The position numbers and the translations under genes were made by a program. A DNA stretch of 61,007 nucleotides. It comes from an uncultured Candidatus Saccharibacteria bacterium. Lineage in GTDB: Bacteria; Patescibacteriota; Minisyncoccia; Minisyncoccales; MHMH01. Positions 35,263 through 45,381 of this stretch are shown here, one piece after another; position 1 is the stretch's first letter; each line of letters begins with the position of its first letter. The stretch lies in assembly GCA_964568775.1 (NCBI GenBank), contig CAZMQW010000005.1:1-61007 (forward strand), given 5' to 3'. Below the pieces are notes generated by a model. That model was not told where the DNA came from and searched no databases. It saw only the letters and a list, made by a program, of their open reading frames with translations.

Positions 35263-35952
35263 TCACCATTGCTTGACCGCCAAGGCTTTTTTGGCGGCCG
35301 CCTCTTCTGCTTCCTGCTTGGAAGAACCCTCTCCCTTAGCTACAAGTTCCAACCTAAGGAAAACGCCGATAATGAACTGCTTTTGGTGATCCGGACCAGA
35401 TTCTTTGACAACTCGGTAAGTAGGAGTAATGCCGGCTCTTTCCTGAGCTTTTTCCTGGAAAAGAGACTTGGCGTCTTTGAAAGATTTGGTGGCGATAATC
35501 TGGGGCAGTTCTTTAATCAAATACTTTTTGATGAACTGGCTGCAAATTTCGTATCCCCGGTCCAGATACAGGCTGCCGACAAAAGACTCAAAGGTATTGG
35601 CCAAAATATACTGCCGGGCCTTGCCCAGTTCCTTGGCCTCGCCCTTGCTCAACAAAAGGAAATTATTAAAGCCGATCCTCTGAGCGACGCTGGAGAGCAT
35701 TTTGGCGTTAACCAAAGCGGCCCGCCAGTTGGTCAGCTCGCCTTCCGGTTTTTTGGGATATTTCTGGAAGATATATTCGGTCACCACCAGCTCAATAACG
35801 GCATCTCCCAAAAACTCCAGCCTTTCGTTGTGAAAAAGCCGGAAGTCAGGATTCTCGTTCAAGTAAGAGCGGTGGATAAAGGCCTGAACAAGCAGGTCTT
35901 TGTTCCTGAATTTAATTTTTAGTTTTTTCTCCAGTTTGGAAAAATCGTGCAT
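35263..35952 (-). CDS. rnc: Ribonuclease III
   Basis: HNERLEFLGDAV, ANTFES, dsRBD DAKSLFQE...GPDH. Confidence 0.97.
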   Translation of the reverse strand: MHDFSKLEKKLKIKFRNKDLLVQAFIHRSYLNENPDFRLFHNERLEFLGDAVIELVVTEYIFQKYPKKPEGELTNWRAALVNAKMLSSVAQRIGFNNFLLLSKGEAKELGKARQYILANTFESFVGSLYLDRGYEICSQFIKKYLIKELPQIIATKSFKDAKSLFQEKAQERAGITPTYRVVKESGPDHQKQFIIGVFLRLELVAKGEGSSKQEAEEAAAKKALAVKQW

Positions 35953-35957
35953 AAAGA

Positions 35958-36380
35958 CTATTTATTTTCCAATTCTTTGAAAACAGTACCCAAAACGCCG
36001 TTGATGAATTTACCCGAGCTTTCCCCGCCGAAAGTTTTGGCCAGCTCAATCGCTTCATTAATCGCCACTTTTGGCGGCACTTCTTCTTTATCCTCGTACA
36101 ATAATTCAAAAAGTCCCATTCTCAAAACATTGCGGTCAACGATGGTAATCTGGTCCAAAGGCCATTCGGGAGCGGCTTTCTCAATGATTTTATCAATTTG
36201 AGAGAGATGATCCTTGACCCCGTTGACCAACTGCCAAACGAAATCAACGTTTTCCAGGCCCGGGCCGTATTCTTTAATATTCTTCTCAACGATTTTAACC
36301 AAATCGCTTTTCTGCCCGGAAAAATCCCACTCGTAGAGGGATTGCATAGCGATAGAACGTGAGAGATGACGCGAAGCCAT
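35958..36380 (-). CDS. nusB: Transcription antitermination factor NusB
   Basis: [33 protein letters not shown]. Confidence 0.96.
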   Translation of the reverse strand: MASRHLSRSIAMQSLYEWDFSGQKSDLVKIVEKNIKEYGPGLENVDFVWQLVNGVKDHLSQIDKIIEKAAPEWPLDQITIVDRNVLRMGLFELLYEDKEEVPPKVAINEAIELAKTFGGESSGKFINGVLGTVFKELENK

Positions 36381-36386
36381 AAAATG

Positions 36387-36683
36387 TTACTTTTTTGAGA
36401 GCCTTTCCCAGCTTAAACCTCCTTGTTTTTTGGTTTCCTTTTTCCCTGCCTCTTCTTTGGTTTTCAGCTCTTTTTCTTTCTGTTTCTTTTCTTTTTTAGT
36501 CAGTTTCTTGAGAACATCAATCATCTCTCTCCCCTGGTAATAACCGCAACTCTGACAAACCGTATGAGGTAAAACGGGCTGACCGCACTTGGGGCACGAA
36601 ACAAAAGAGCGCTCTTTAAGATAAAGATGTATTCTTCTTTTATTGCGGCGCGATTTAGTGTGTCTTTGTTTTGGTACGGCCAT
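36387..36683 (-). CDS. rpmF: 50S ribosomal protein bL32 with C-terminal extension
   Basis: MAVPKQRHTKSRR, CPKC...HTVCQSCG. Confidence 0.95.
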   Translation of the reverse strand: MAVPKQRHTKSRRNKRRIHLYLKERSFVSCPKCGQPVLPHTVCQSCGYYQGREMIDVLKKLTKKEKKQKEKELKTKEEAGKKETKKQGGLSWERLSKK

Positions 36684-36726
36684 ACAATATTTAATCTAAC
36701 AAAAATATGCCTAAAAAGCAAATCTC

Positions 36727-37344
36727 CTAAACCAGCTTGAAGGTTTTACGGTGAATTTCAGCCGGACCGTGCCTTTTAATCAATCGGCGGTGTAGTTTGG
36801 TCGGATAACCTTTGTGCTGTTCAAAACGGTAAACGGGATATTTATCAGCCTGCTTATCCATGAATCTGTCCCGGGTGACCTTGGCGAAAATGGAAGCCAA
36901 AGCGCAGGAGAACACTTTTTCGTCGCCTTTGATGATTGCTTTCTGGGGAACAGCTAAATCCAAAAGCATATTGCCGTCTAGAATCAAAAAATCAACCTTG
37001 GTCATTTTTTTCTCCAAGCTGCTGACAGCCCTGACCATAGCTAACTTAGTGGCTACTAAAATATTGATCCGGTCAATCGTCCTTTCCGAAGCCCGACCAA
37101 TTCCCCATTCAACCGCCGGATGCTTTTTAAAAATTCTGTAGAATTCTTCTCTTTTTTTTGCTGAAAGTTTTTTTGAATCCCTAATTCGGCTAAAATTGTT
37201 TAGCTTCTGATAATTTTTAATTAAAATAGCGCAGGCAAACACCGGGCCGGCCAAGGGGCCACGGCCCGCCTCGTCCACTCCAGCTATTCTTCGGTAGCCT
37301 TTTTTTAATAATTTTTTCTCCTCTTGAAGAGTCGGCCGTCTCAT
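36727..37344 (-). CDS. rnhB: Ribonuclease HII
   Basis: AGVDEAGRGPLAGPV, DSKKL, ILDG, ASIFAKVTRD, HKGYPT. Confidence 0.96.
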   Translation of the reverse strand: MRRPTLQEEKKLLKKGYRRIAGVDEAGRGPLAGPVFACAILIKNYQKLNNFSRIRDSKKLSAKKREEFYRIFKKHPAVEWGIGRASERTIDRINILVATKLAMVRAVSSLEKKMTKVDFLILDGNMLLDLAVPQKAIIKGDEKVFSCALASIFAKVTRDRFMDKQADKYPVYRFEQHKGYPTKLHRRLIKRHGPAEIHRKTFKLV

Positions 37345-37360
37345 ATTATACTATTATAAT

Positions 37361-40300
37361 ATGAAGTTCACGCATTTACACGTGCATTCGCATTATAGCT
37401 TACTGGATGGCCTGCCTAAGATTGACGAGCTTTTAGATTACGTCAAGAAACTGGGCATGGATTCGGTGGCTGTAACTGACCACGGCGTTCTCTATGGCGC
37501 AGTTGAATTTTTCAAGAAAGCCAAAGAAAAAGGCATAAAGCCCATCATCGGCTCGGAAGTCTATATGGCCTTAGAAAAGATGAGCCAGATGAGACCGAAT
37601 ATTGATGATAAAAGATACCACCTGGTTCTTTTAGTGAAGGACGAACAAGGCTACAAAAACTTGGTCAAACTTGTTACCAAAGCCCATTTAGAGGGTTTTT
37701 ATTATAAACCAAGGATTGACGAAGAACTGCTGGCCCAATACTCTAAAGGCTTAATCGGTTTGTCAGCCTGCATCCAGGGAAAAATCCCCCAATTGATTCT
37801 TGCCAAAAATCTGAAAGAGGCTGAAAAAACCGCCCTGAAATACCAAGAGATTTTCGGGCCGGGCAATTTCTATCTGGAACTACAACACCATCCCAATTCG
37901 CCGCCCCAAAAGAAAGTCAACGACGGCTTGATCGCCATTTCAAAAAAAACCGGCATTCCTTTGGTCGCGACCAACGACACTCATTATTTGAAACCGGAGG
38001 ATGCGGAAGCTCAGGACATTCTGATGTTGATTAACACAGGAGCCGATCATAATGATCCCGAAAGATTAACTTTGAAAGCCGATGACTTTTCTTTGAGAAC
38101 GCCGGAAAAAATGATGGCTGACTTTAAAGAAACGCCCCAGGCAATTGAAAATACTCAAAAAATAAAAGAACAGTGCAACTTCCAGTTTGATTTGGGCAAA
38201 ACCCAGCTGCCCTACTTTGAAGTGCCCAACGGCAAAACGGCCGACGATTATCTGAAAGAGCTTTGCTACCAAAGGCTGGAAAACCGCTATCCGAAAACCA
38301 AGAAAGAAGTCATTGACCGGCTGGAATACGAGCTTGACGTTATCAAGCAAACCGGCTTTGCTTCTTACTTCCTGATTGTCCAGGACTTCGTTAATTGGGC
38401 CAAAGAGAACCGAATCGTGGTCGGTCCGGGCCGAGGGTCAGCGGCCGGCTCAATCGTCTCTTATATTCTCAATATTACCAATGTTGACCCTTTGAAATAC
38501 AATCTTTTGTTTGAACGTTTCTTGACTCCGGGTAGAACAGCCGGCCTGCCCGATATTGACCTTGATTTCACTGACCGAAGGAGGGACGAAGTGATTGAAT
38601 ACGTAGCCCAGAAATACGGCCGGGACAAAGTCGCCCAAATCATCACCTTCGGCACTATGGCTGCCAGAGCCGCGGTCAGGGATGTGGGCCGGGCTTTAGG
38701 CTACACTTACAGCTTCTGTGACCAGATCGCTAAAATGATTCCTTTCGGCTTCACCCTGAAACAGACCCTGGAAAAGATAGACGAGTTCCGCCAAGCCTAC
38801 GAGACGGACGAGCAGACTCGCCGCTTGATCGACCTGTCCAAGAAACTGGAGGGCGTGGCCCGCCACGCCTCCACCCACGCCTGCGGGGTAGTGATTGCCA
38901 AAGAGCCTTTGGAAAACTCCGTGCCCCTACAGCACCCGACCCAGAACGAAAAAAATATCGTCACCCAGTACGAAATGCACTCAATTGAAAGTCTGGGGCT
39001 TTTAAAAATGGACTTCCTGGGCTTAAAAAACCTGACCATTATAGAAGATACGCTGGCTCGAATTTACGCAGTGCACGATAAAAAAATTAACATACAAGAT
39101 CTGCCCCAAGACGATAAAAAAACCTACCAGTTGCTGCAAGACGGCAACAGTACGTCTGTCTTCCAGCTGGAATCGGACGGTATGAAAAGATATTTAAAAA
39201 TGCTCAAACCGACCGAGTTTGAAGATATTATCGCCATGGTAGCTCTTTACCGACCCGGTCCCATGCAGCTTATCCCCGACTATATTGCCCGTAAACACAA
39301 AAAGAAAAGAATTGAATATCTGCATCCCAAACTGGAACCGATTCTCAAAAATACCTACGCCATTCCGGTCTACCAGGAACAGATAATGGAAATTACCCGG
39401 GAACTGGCTAACTTTACTTTGGCCGAAGCTGATGTTTTGAGAAAGGCTATCGGCAAAAAAATTAAAAAATTGCTAATGGCCCAGAAAGACAAGTTTATTG
39501 ATGGAGCGGTGAAAAACAACATTGGCCGGGACATTGCCCAGAAAATCTGGGCCTGGATTGAGCCTTCGGCCCGTTACAGCTTCAACCGAAGCCACGCAGC
39601 ATCCTACGCCACTATTGCTTACCAGACCGCTTATCTGAAAGCGCATTACCCGGTGGAATTCATGGCAGCCGCCCTGACTTCGGAAAGATCTGATGTGGAT
39701 AGAATCGCTGTTTTGATCGAAGAGTGTAAAAAAATGGAGATTGAGGTACTGGCGCCGGATATCAACGAAAGCTTTATGAATTTCAGCGTAGTGCCGAAAA
39801 AAAATCAAATCAGGTTCGGCCTGCTAGCCATCAAGAACGTCGGTATCAACGTGGTTGAGGCGATTATTAAAGAAAGGAAAGCTGAAGGCCCTTACGCCTC
39901 CATCCAGGACTTTATTTTCCGGGCCAATTCCAAAGAACTGAATAAAAAGTCTTTGGAGAGCCTTATCAAGGCCGGAGTCTTTGACAAGTTAGAGGAAAGA
40001 AACGTCCTGCTCAACAACCTGGAAAAACTCCTGGAAACAGCCAGAGAGAACCAAAAAAACAAAAACAACGGACAAAAAGGCCTTTTCGACGGCATGACCT
40101 ATATCGCCACCCTGGCTTTGGCTAAAACAGAACCGGCCGCCGAAAGCGAAAAACTGAACTGGGAGAAGGAATTACTGGGGCTTTATGTTTCCGGCCATCC
40201 TTTGAAAAATTTCGGTCAGGTTTTGGAGAAAAAATCCCTGCCCATCACCCAAATATCACAAAATCTGGTCGGCAAACTGGTTAAAATCGGCGGGGTGATT

Positions 40301-40525
40301 TCCGGCATCAAAAAAATCATCACCAAAACCGGCCGGCCTATGCTATTTGTGAATCTGACCGACCAGCATGACAAAATTGAAATCGTTGTCTTCCCTTCTG
40401 TTATCGAAAGAAATCCCGCCCTCTTCCAGGAAAACAAGGTGGTTTTCGTTTCGGGCAAGGTTGACATGAGGGACGGCCAGCCGAAAATCATCTGCAACGA
40501 AATTGAAGAAATTGTTGAAAAATAA
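37361..40525 (+). CDS. dnaE: DNA polymerase III alpha subunit
   Basis: PHP HLHVHSHYSLLDG, GRGSAAGS, PDIDLD, KMDFLGL, FQLES; no intein. Confidence 0.97.
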   Translation: MKFTHLHVHSHYSLLDGLPKIDELLDYVKKLGMDSVAVTDHGVLYGAVEFFKKAKEKGIKPIIGSEVYMALEKMSQMRPNIDDKRYHLVLLVKDEQGYKNLVKLVTKAHLEGFYYKPRIDEELLAQYSKGLIGLSACIQGKIPQLILAKNLKEAEKTALKYQEIFGPGNFYLELQHHPNSPPQKKVNDGLIAISKKTGIPLVATNDTHYLKPEDAEAQDILMLINTGADHNDPERLTLKADDFSLRTPEKMMADFKETPQAIENTQKIKEQCNFQFDLGKTQLPYFEVPNGKTADDYLKELCYQRLENRYPKTKKEVIDRLEYELDVIKQTGFASYFLIVQDFVNWAKENRIVVGPGRGSAAGSIVSYILNITNVDPLKYNLLFERFLTPGRTAGLPDIDLDFTDRRRDEVIEYVAQKYGRDKVAQIITFGTMAARAAVRDVGRALGYTYSFCDQIAKMIPFGFTLKQTLEKIDEFRQAYETDEQTRRLIDLSKKLEGVARHASTHACGVVIAKEPLENSVPLQHPTQNEKNIVTQYEMHSIESLGLLKMDFLGLKNLTIIEDTLARIYAVHDKKINIQDLPQDDKKTYQLLQDGNSTSVFQLESDGMKRYLKMLKPTEFEDIIAMVALYRPGPMQLIPDYIARKHKKKRIEYLHPKLEPILKNTYAIPVYQEQIMEITRELANFTLAEADVLRKAIGKKIKKLLMAQKDKFIDGAVKNNIGRDIAQKIWAWIEPSARYSFNRSHAASYATIAYQTAYLKAHYPVEFMAAALTSERSDVDRIAVLIEECKKMEIEVLAPDINESFMNFSVVPKKNQIRFGLLAIKNVGINVVEAIIKERKAEGPYASIQDFIFRANSKELNKKSLESLIKAGVFDKLEERNVLLNNLEKLLETARENQKNKNNGQKGLFDGMTYIATLALAKTEPAAESEKLNWEKELLGLYVSGHPLKNFGQVLEKKSLPITQISQNLVGKLVKIGGVISGIKKIITKTGRPMLFVNLTDQHDKIEIVVFPSVIERNPALFQENKVVFVSGKVDMRDGQPKIICNEIEEIVEK

Positions 40526-40566
40526 AAACTCGGCAACAAATTAAGCTATTGCGTTGCCGAGTTTTT
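40524..40566. terminator. Bidirectional terminator between dnaE and the next gene
   Basis: Perfect 14-bp arms AAAAACTCGGCAAC/GTTGCCGAGTTTTT. Confidence 0.75.
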
Positions 40567-40569
40567 GAT

Positions 40570-41301
40570 TTACCACATAATGAACATCGCGGTGATAGTA
40601 TCGTCGAAACCAGGATAGGGTAAATCATTTTGCCGAGTGTAAGATTCGTTCTCTTCTACCGTTACCTCTTTAAAGGTAGATTCGTAAATATCCATGAAAA
40701 CCTCTTCGCGGTCGGATGTGTCAAACACAATTATTATGTGGCCGCCCAGGCCTTTGAAATAAACCGAAGCAATCCCGACTTTCCATCCTTTCTCTCTCCA
40801 CATTTCTCTACACTGCATAGCCACTCCAGTGCATGCATCCGGTAGAAGCGCCGCGACACGAACCGTTCTCGTCATTTCCATAACTTGGGCATAGGTAGGT
40901 TTCTTCGGCAGAACACTTTCTTTCCCTTCTTGAAATTTTTCTTCAAGCTTTTTCTTATAGTAAGAATCTTTAAGCCTAAGATTAAATTTGGCTAGATCGT
41001 GTTCACTTTTTATCCGATCCTTGGCTTTCGCAAGTTGGCCCTCTACTTCTTCAAGCTTTAAATTAAGATCTTGGAGCTTGACTTCTTTATTTTCTTGAAA
41101 ATCGGCGAACTCTTGCCGGGCATCAGTAAGCTTTCCCTCAGTTTCTTCAAAAGCTGACTGACAATTTTCTGCTTGAGATAGAATCCTTTCCTCTTCTTCG
41201 TGCCAACCGTCCCGAGCCGCATTCCAATAGACATTAGAAGCGATAAAGGCGGCCAGAAACCCGATGCACAAAATCACCAGAAGAATAATCCATTTTTTCA
41301 T
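40570..41301 (-). CDS. Hypothetical membrane-anchored coiled-coil protein
   Basis: N-terminal TM, long heptad region, C-terminal C...H motif (DACTGVAMQC; GHIIIVFD); GGGAGG SD. Confidence 0.75.
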   Translation of the reverse strand: MKKWIILLVILCIGFLAAFIASNVYWNAARDGWHEEEERILSQAENCQSAFEETEGKLTDARQEFADFQENKEVKLQDLNLKLEEVEGQLAKAKDRIKSEHDLAKFNLRLKDSYYKKKLEEKFQEGKESVLPKKPTYAQVMEMTRTVRVAALLPDACTGVAMQCREMWREKGWKVGIASVYFKGLGGHIIIVFDTSDREEVFMDIYESTFKEVTVEENESYTRQNDLPYPGFDDTITAMFIMW

Positions 41302-41439
41302 TGTTAAAGACCTCCCTAAAATATAATCGATACCCTATAATAACATATTTATTAAAAATGTCAATGTTTATAAAAATAAATAAGGCCGAGCCTCTTTCGT
41401 CTTGGCAGCCAAGCTCCTTTCTGGTAAGATAAAAATGAT

Positions 41440-43149
41440 ATGAAGATTGAAACCATCCGGCATTCTCTATCCCATCTGCTGGCCCTGGCGGTCAAAGAAA
41501 TGTACCCCGGGGTCAAATTCGGTATTGGGCCCAGTATTGAAAACGGCTTTTATTATGATTTTGATCTACCCCAACCGATCAACCCCCAAGACCTGCCCAA
41601 GATTGAAAAGAGAATGCGGGAACTGATCAGGCAGAACATATCTTTTAATAAAAAAACTGTTTCCAAAAAAGAGGCTCAAAAATTATTCAAAAACCAGCCC
41701 TATAAATTAGAACTGACAGAAGAACTGAAAAATATTTCAGTTTACGAAACCGGCCAGTTCACTGATTTGTGCTCCGGCCCGCACGTCAAATCAGCTAAAG
41801 AGATTCCGGCTGACGGCTTTAAACTGACAAAAATTGCCGGTGCCTACTGGCGTGGAAACGAAAAAAACAAAATGCTAACCCGCATTTACGGAGTGGCGTT
41901 TTCAAATAAAAAAGAATTGGAAAATTATCTCAAAAAACAGGAAGAAGCGGGTAAAAGAGACCACCGGATTCTAGGCCAGCGAATGGACCTTTTCCATATA
42001 GACGAGAATGTCGGCCCCGGCCTCATCCTCTGGCATCCCAAAGGAGCTCTGTTGAAAAAACTGATCATGGATTACGCACTGAACGAATACTTGCAGAACG
42101 GCTATCAGCTGGTTGACACCCCCCACATCGCCAAGCTCAACCTTTGGAAAATATCGGGCCACACTAATTTCTATAAAGAAAATATGATGCCACCCATGCA
42201 CATGTCAGAACTCGACAAAGAAGAAAAAGACGATTACCAGATCAAGCCGATGAATTGCCCCTTCCACGTAGCAATTTATAAAACCGCTATCAGAAGCTAC
42301 CGGGAACTGCCCGTCCGCTACACCGAAATGGGCACTGTTTATAGATACGAAAAATCAGGCACCCTGCACGGCCTGGTCAGGGTAAGACAAATTACCCAGG
42401 ACGATGCCCATATCATCTGCACTCCAGAGCAACTCTCCCAGGAAATCCTCTCTACCCTGCGCCTGACCTCTAAAATACTCAATAAATTCGGGTTCAGGGA
42501 GTTTGAGGTTTATCTTTCAACCAAGCCCAAAAAACACATCGGCCTGCCCAAAGTCTGGCAAAAGGCTGAAAACTCTTTGAAATACGCTCTGACCAAAACG
42601 AAAATGAAATATAAGTTTGACCCGGGCGGGGGCGCTTTCTACGGACCGAAAATAGACATTAAAATAAAGGATTCCCTTGGCCGGCCCTGGCAGCTCTCCA
42701 CCATCCAGGTTGACATTAATCTGCCCGAGCGCTTTGACATGACCTACGTTGACCAGAAAGGCAAGAAACAAAGGCCTTACATGATCCACCGGGCCTTGCT
42801 AGGAGCTTTGGAAAGATTTATCGGAGTACTGCTGGAGCATTACGGCGGCAATCTGCCTTTCTGGCTCTCGCCCGTCCAGCTCTGGGTAGTGCCGATCAGC
42901 GCCAGCCATAAAAAATACGCCCAAAGCGTCAAAAACAAACTAACTGATTTTAGAACCGAGATAAAAGATGAAAATGAAACCGTCTCTAAAAAAATAAGGA
43001 AAGGAGAGCTGCAGAAAATCCCCTATCTGCTGGTGGTCGGCGACAAAGAAATGAAAACAAAGTCAGTCCGAGTCAGGAAAAGAGGCAAGGGAGACATCGG
43101 CATGATTAAATTGGATAAATTCATTAAAAACATCAAAGGTCGAACCTGA
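41440..43149 (+). CDS. thrS: Threonine--tRNA ligase (no TGS domain)
   Basis: HSLSH, DLCSGPH, KPMNCP, HGLVRVRQ, YGPKID, MIHRA. Confidence 0.97.
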   Translation: MKIETIRHSLSHLLALAVKEMYPGVKFGIGPSIENGFYYDFDLPQPINPQDLPKIEKRMRELIRQNISFNKKTVSKKEAQKLFKNQPYKLELTEELKNISVYETGQFTDLCSGPHVKSAKEIPADGFKLTKIAGAYWRGNEKNKMLTRIYGVAFSNKKELENYLKKQEEAGKRDHRILGQRMDLFHIDENVGPGLILWHPKGALLKKLIMDYALNEYLQNGYQLVDTPHIAKLNLWKISGHTNFYKENMMPPMHMSELDKEEKDDYQIKPMNCPFHVAIYKTAIRSYRELPVRYTEMGTVYRYEKSGTLHGLVRVRQITQDDAHIICTPEQLSQEILSTLRLTSKILNKFGFREFEVYLSTKPKKHIGLPKVWQKAENSLKYALTKTKMKYKFDPGGGAFYGPKIDIKIKDSLGRPWQLSTIQVDINLPERFDMTYVDQKGKKQRPYMIHRALLGALERFIGVLLEHYGGNLPFWLSPVQLWVVPISASHKKYAQSVKNKLTDFRTEIKDENETVSKKIRKGELQKIPYLLVVGDKEMKTKSVRVRKRGKGDIGMIKLDKFIKNIKGRT

Positions 43150-43170
43150 AACTAATCAATAATAACAGAT

Positions 43171-44352
43171 ATGCCAATATTTAAAGTTTCGTTATTAGGT
43201 TTAGCCTTACTTTTTGTTTTCAGCGCTGTTTCAGCCCAAGAGGCTGACGTCACGGACGCTGTCGCTCTTGATGAAACGGTGACAGCTCAGGATTTGGGTA
43301 TATCAGAACCAAATCTCCTGCCCGACAGTCCATTTTATTTCCTGAAAAACTGGAGCCGGACGATCCAGAGCGCTTTCACTTTTGATTCGGTCAAAAAAGC
43401 CGAATTAACAGAAAAGTTCGCCAACGAAAAACTGATTGAGCTGCAGAAGGTGGCCGAAAAGACAGAAGATGCGGCCGCCATCGAAAAAGCGACCGAAAAT
43501 TACCAAGCTGAGGCGAGAAACGTGGAAAGGGTTACCGCTCAAATCAGAGAAACGGCCCAAGATAACGAGGAAGTGGGCGAGTTCCTGGACAAATTCATCC
43601 AGCAGCAGACCCTCCACCAAAGGGTTCTCCAGAAACTGGAAGCCCAGGTGCCAGCTCAAGCCATAGAGAAAATAACCGCAGCCAAAAAAGAACAAATTGA
43701 AAACTTCGGTCAGGTCATGACCCGCTTAGAAAACGCCGAGCAGATCCAAACCAGGCTGGAAATCAACCTGCAGCAGGTCAAAGGGAGCGAGTTCAAGGAG
43801 TTTAAAAACCTGGAGATACTCGACGAGCTGGAAGAGGTTGTGCCCGAAGAGATCAAGGAAGCCGTTCAGAACGTCAGAGCCAACGCCCTGACCAATTTGA
43901 AGGAAAAGGTGGAAGCGCTGACGACCGAAGGAATAGATCAATTCCAGACTTATACCGAAACCATCAGCGGAGCCAAAGAAAGGCAGGTTGAAATCATCGA
44001 CAGCTTGAAGGAGAAACTGCAAGCGCAGCCGCTGATCCAGCAAAAACTGATCGAGGTTAAAGACAACGTTATGGAACAAATCAGAATAAAAACCCAAGCA
44101 AAGGAAGAAACGGGCGCCTGCACAACCCAATATGATCCGGTCTGCGGCAAAGACGGAAAAACTTACAGCAACGAATGTTTCGCCAGGATGGCCGGAGTGG
44201 AAGTGGCTCAAAAAGGAATTTGTCCCTCTTCCAACCAGCAAATTCAGAACCAGAACCAAACTCAGACCGAAACTCAAACACAAACGCAGTCCCAAATCCG
44301 AACGCAGTTGGAAGCATTGCAAAAACAATTAAAGCAACTGCAGGGACAATAA
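43171..44352 (+). CDS. Secreted DUF5667-like helical protein with Kazal-type domain and Q/T-rich tail
   Basis: Signal peptide; LLPDSPFYFLKNW; CTTQYDPVCGKDGKTYSNECFA...C. Confidence 0.8.
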   Translation: MPIFKVSLLGLALLFVFSAVSAQEADVTDAVALDETVTAQDLGISEPNLLPDSPFYFLKNWSRTIQSAFTFDSVKKAELTEKFANEKLIELQKVAEKTEDAAAIEKATENYQAEARNVERVTAQIRETAQDNEEVGEFLDKFIQQQTLHQRVLQKLEAQVPAQAIEKITAAKKEQIENFGQVMTRLENAEQIQTRLEINLQQVKGSEFKEFKNLEILDELEEVVPEEIKEAVQNVRANALTNLKEKVEALTTEGIDQFQTYTETISGAKERQVEIIDSLKEKLQAQPLIQQKLIEVKDNVMEQIRIKTQAKEETGACTTQYDPVCGKDGKTYSNECFARMAGVEVAQKGICPSSNQQIQNQNQTQTETQTQTQSQIRTQLEALQKQLKQLQGQ

Positions 44353-44406
44353 TAAAAATAAAGCGGGAAAACAGCCTTGATAGGGCTGTTTTTCTGTTGT
44401 AGAATA

Positions 44407-45381
44407 ATGACGATGAAATATCATCTCATCACCTTCGGCTGCCAAATGAACAAGGCTGATTCGGAAAGAATAGCCGCCGCCCTAGAAAAAAAGGGCTACA
44501 AAAAAGCCTCAAACATGAATGAAGCTGATCTAGTGGTGGTTAATATGTGCTCAATCAGACAGTCAGCCGTAGACAGGGTTTACGGTCTCATCCCAAAATT
44601 TAAAAAACTCGGGGCCAAAACCGTGCTGACCGGCTGTATTCTGAAAAAAGACCGAAGAAAATTTGAAGATCGTTTCGACCAAGTCAAAAAAATGCCGCAG
44701 CTCCCCTGCCAGTCAATTTTCATACCAATTTCCAACGGCTGCAACAATTTCTGCACTTATTGCGTGGTGCCTTTCACCCGAGGAAAATTAATTTGCCGGG
44801 ACCATCGCCAAATCATTAAAGAAGCAAAGGGAGCAATCAAGAGTAAAATCAAGGAAGTATGGCTTTTGGGGCAGAATGTCAACGATTACCAATCCCCCGC
44901 TGACAAATCCATAAACTTTGCCAAACTGTTGAAAATGATCAATGACATCCCGGGGAAATTCTCAATCAGGTTTATGTCTCCCCATCCCAAGAATTTTACC
45001 GATGAATTAATCACGATAATGGCCCAATCTACCAAAATCGCCAAATACCTCAACCTGCCGGTTCAGTCGGGCGACGATAAAATTCTTAAAAGGATGAACC
45101 GGAATTATACGGTTAAACAATACAAGGACCTGGTCAAGAAAATCAGGAAACAGATGCCCAAAATAAACCTTTCAACCGATGTTATTGTCGGTTTTCCCGG
45201 AGAAACAAAAAAGCAGTTTGAAAACACGGCCAAGCTATTCAAAGATATTAAGTTTAATATCGCCTACATCGCTAAATACTCTCCCCGGCCGGGCACTGCC
45301 GCTTTTCAATTAAAAGATAACATCCCGCTAAAAGAGAAAAAAAGAAGAGAAAAATGTCTAAGAAAATTATTGTCATCTTAG
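44407..45381 (+). CDS. miaB: MiaB-like methylthiotransferase (shortened, no TRAM domain)
   Basis: FGCQMN, NMCSIR, CNNFCTYC, LPVQSG, DVIVGFPGET, YSPRPGT; adjacent to miaA. Confidence 0.85.
   Translation: MTMKYHLITFGCQMNKADSERIAAALEKKGYKKASNMNEADLVVVNMCSIRQSAVDRVYGLIPKFKKLGAKTVLTGCILKKDRRKFEDRFDQVKKMPQLPCQSIFIPISNGCNNFCTYCVVPFTRGKLICRDHRQIIKEAKGAIKSKIKEVWLLGQNVNDYQSPADKSINFAKLLKMINDIPGKFSIRFMSPHPKNFTDELITIMAQSTKIAKYLNLPVQSGDDKILKRMNRNYTVKQYKDLVKKIRKQMPKINLSTDVIVGFPGETKKQFENTAKLFKDIKFNIAYIAKYSPRPGTAAFQLKDNIPLKEKKRREKCLRKLLSS

Noticed and set aside
41379-41439. T-box or riboswitch upstream of thrS
   Set aside because: Only a weak hairpin in a short AT-rich gap; no T-box (TGGAACC-type) consensus or specifier stem.
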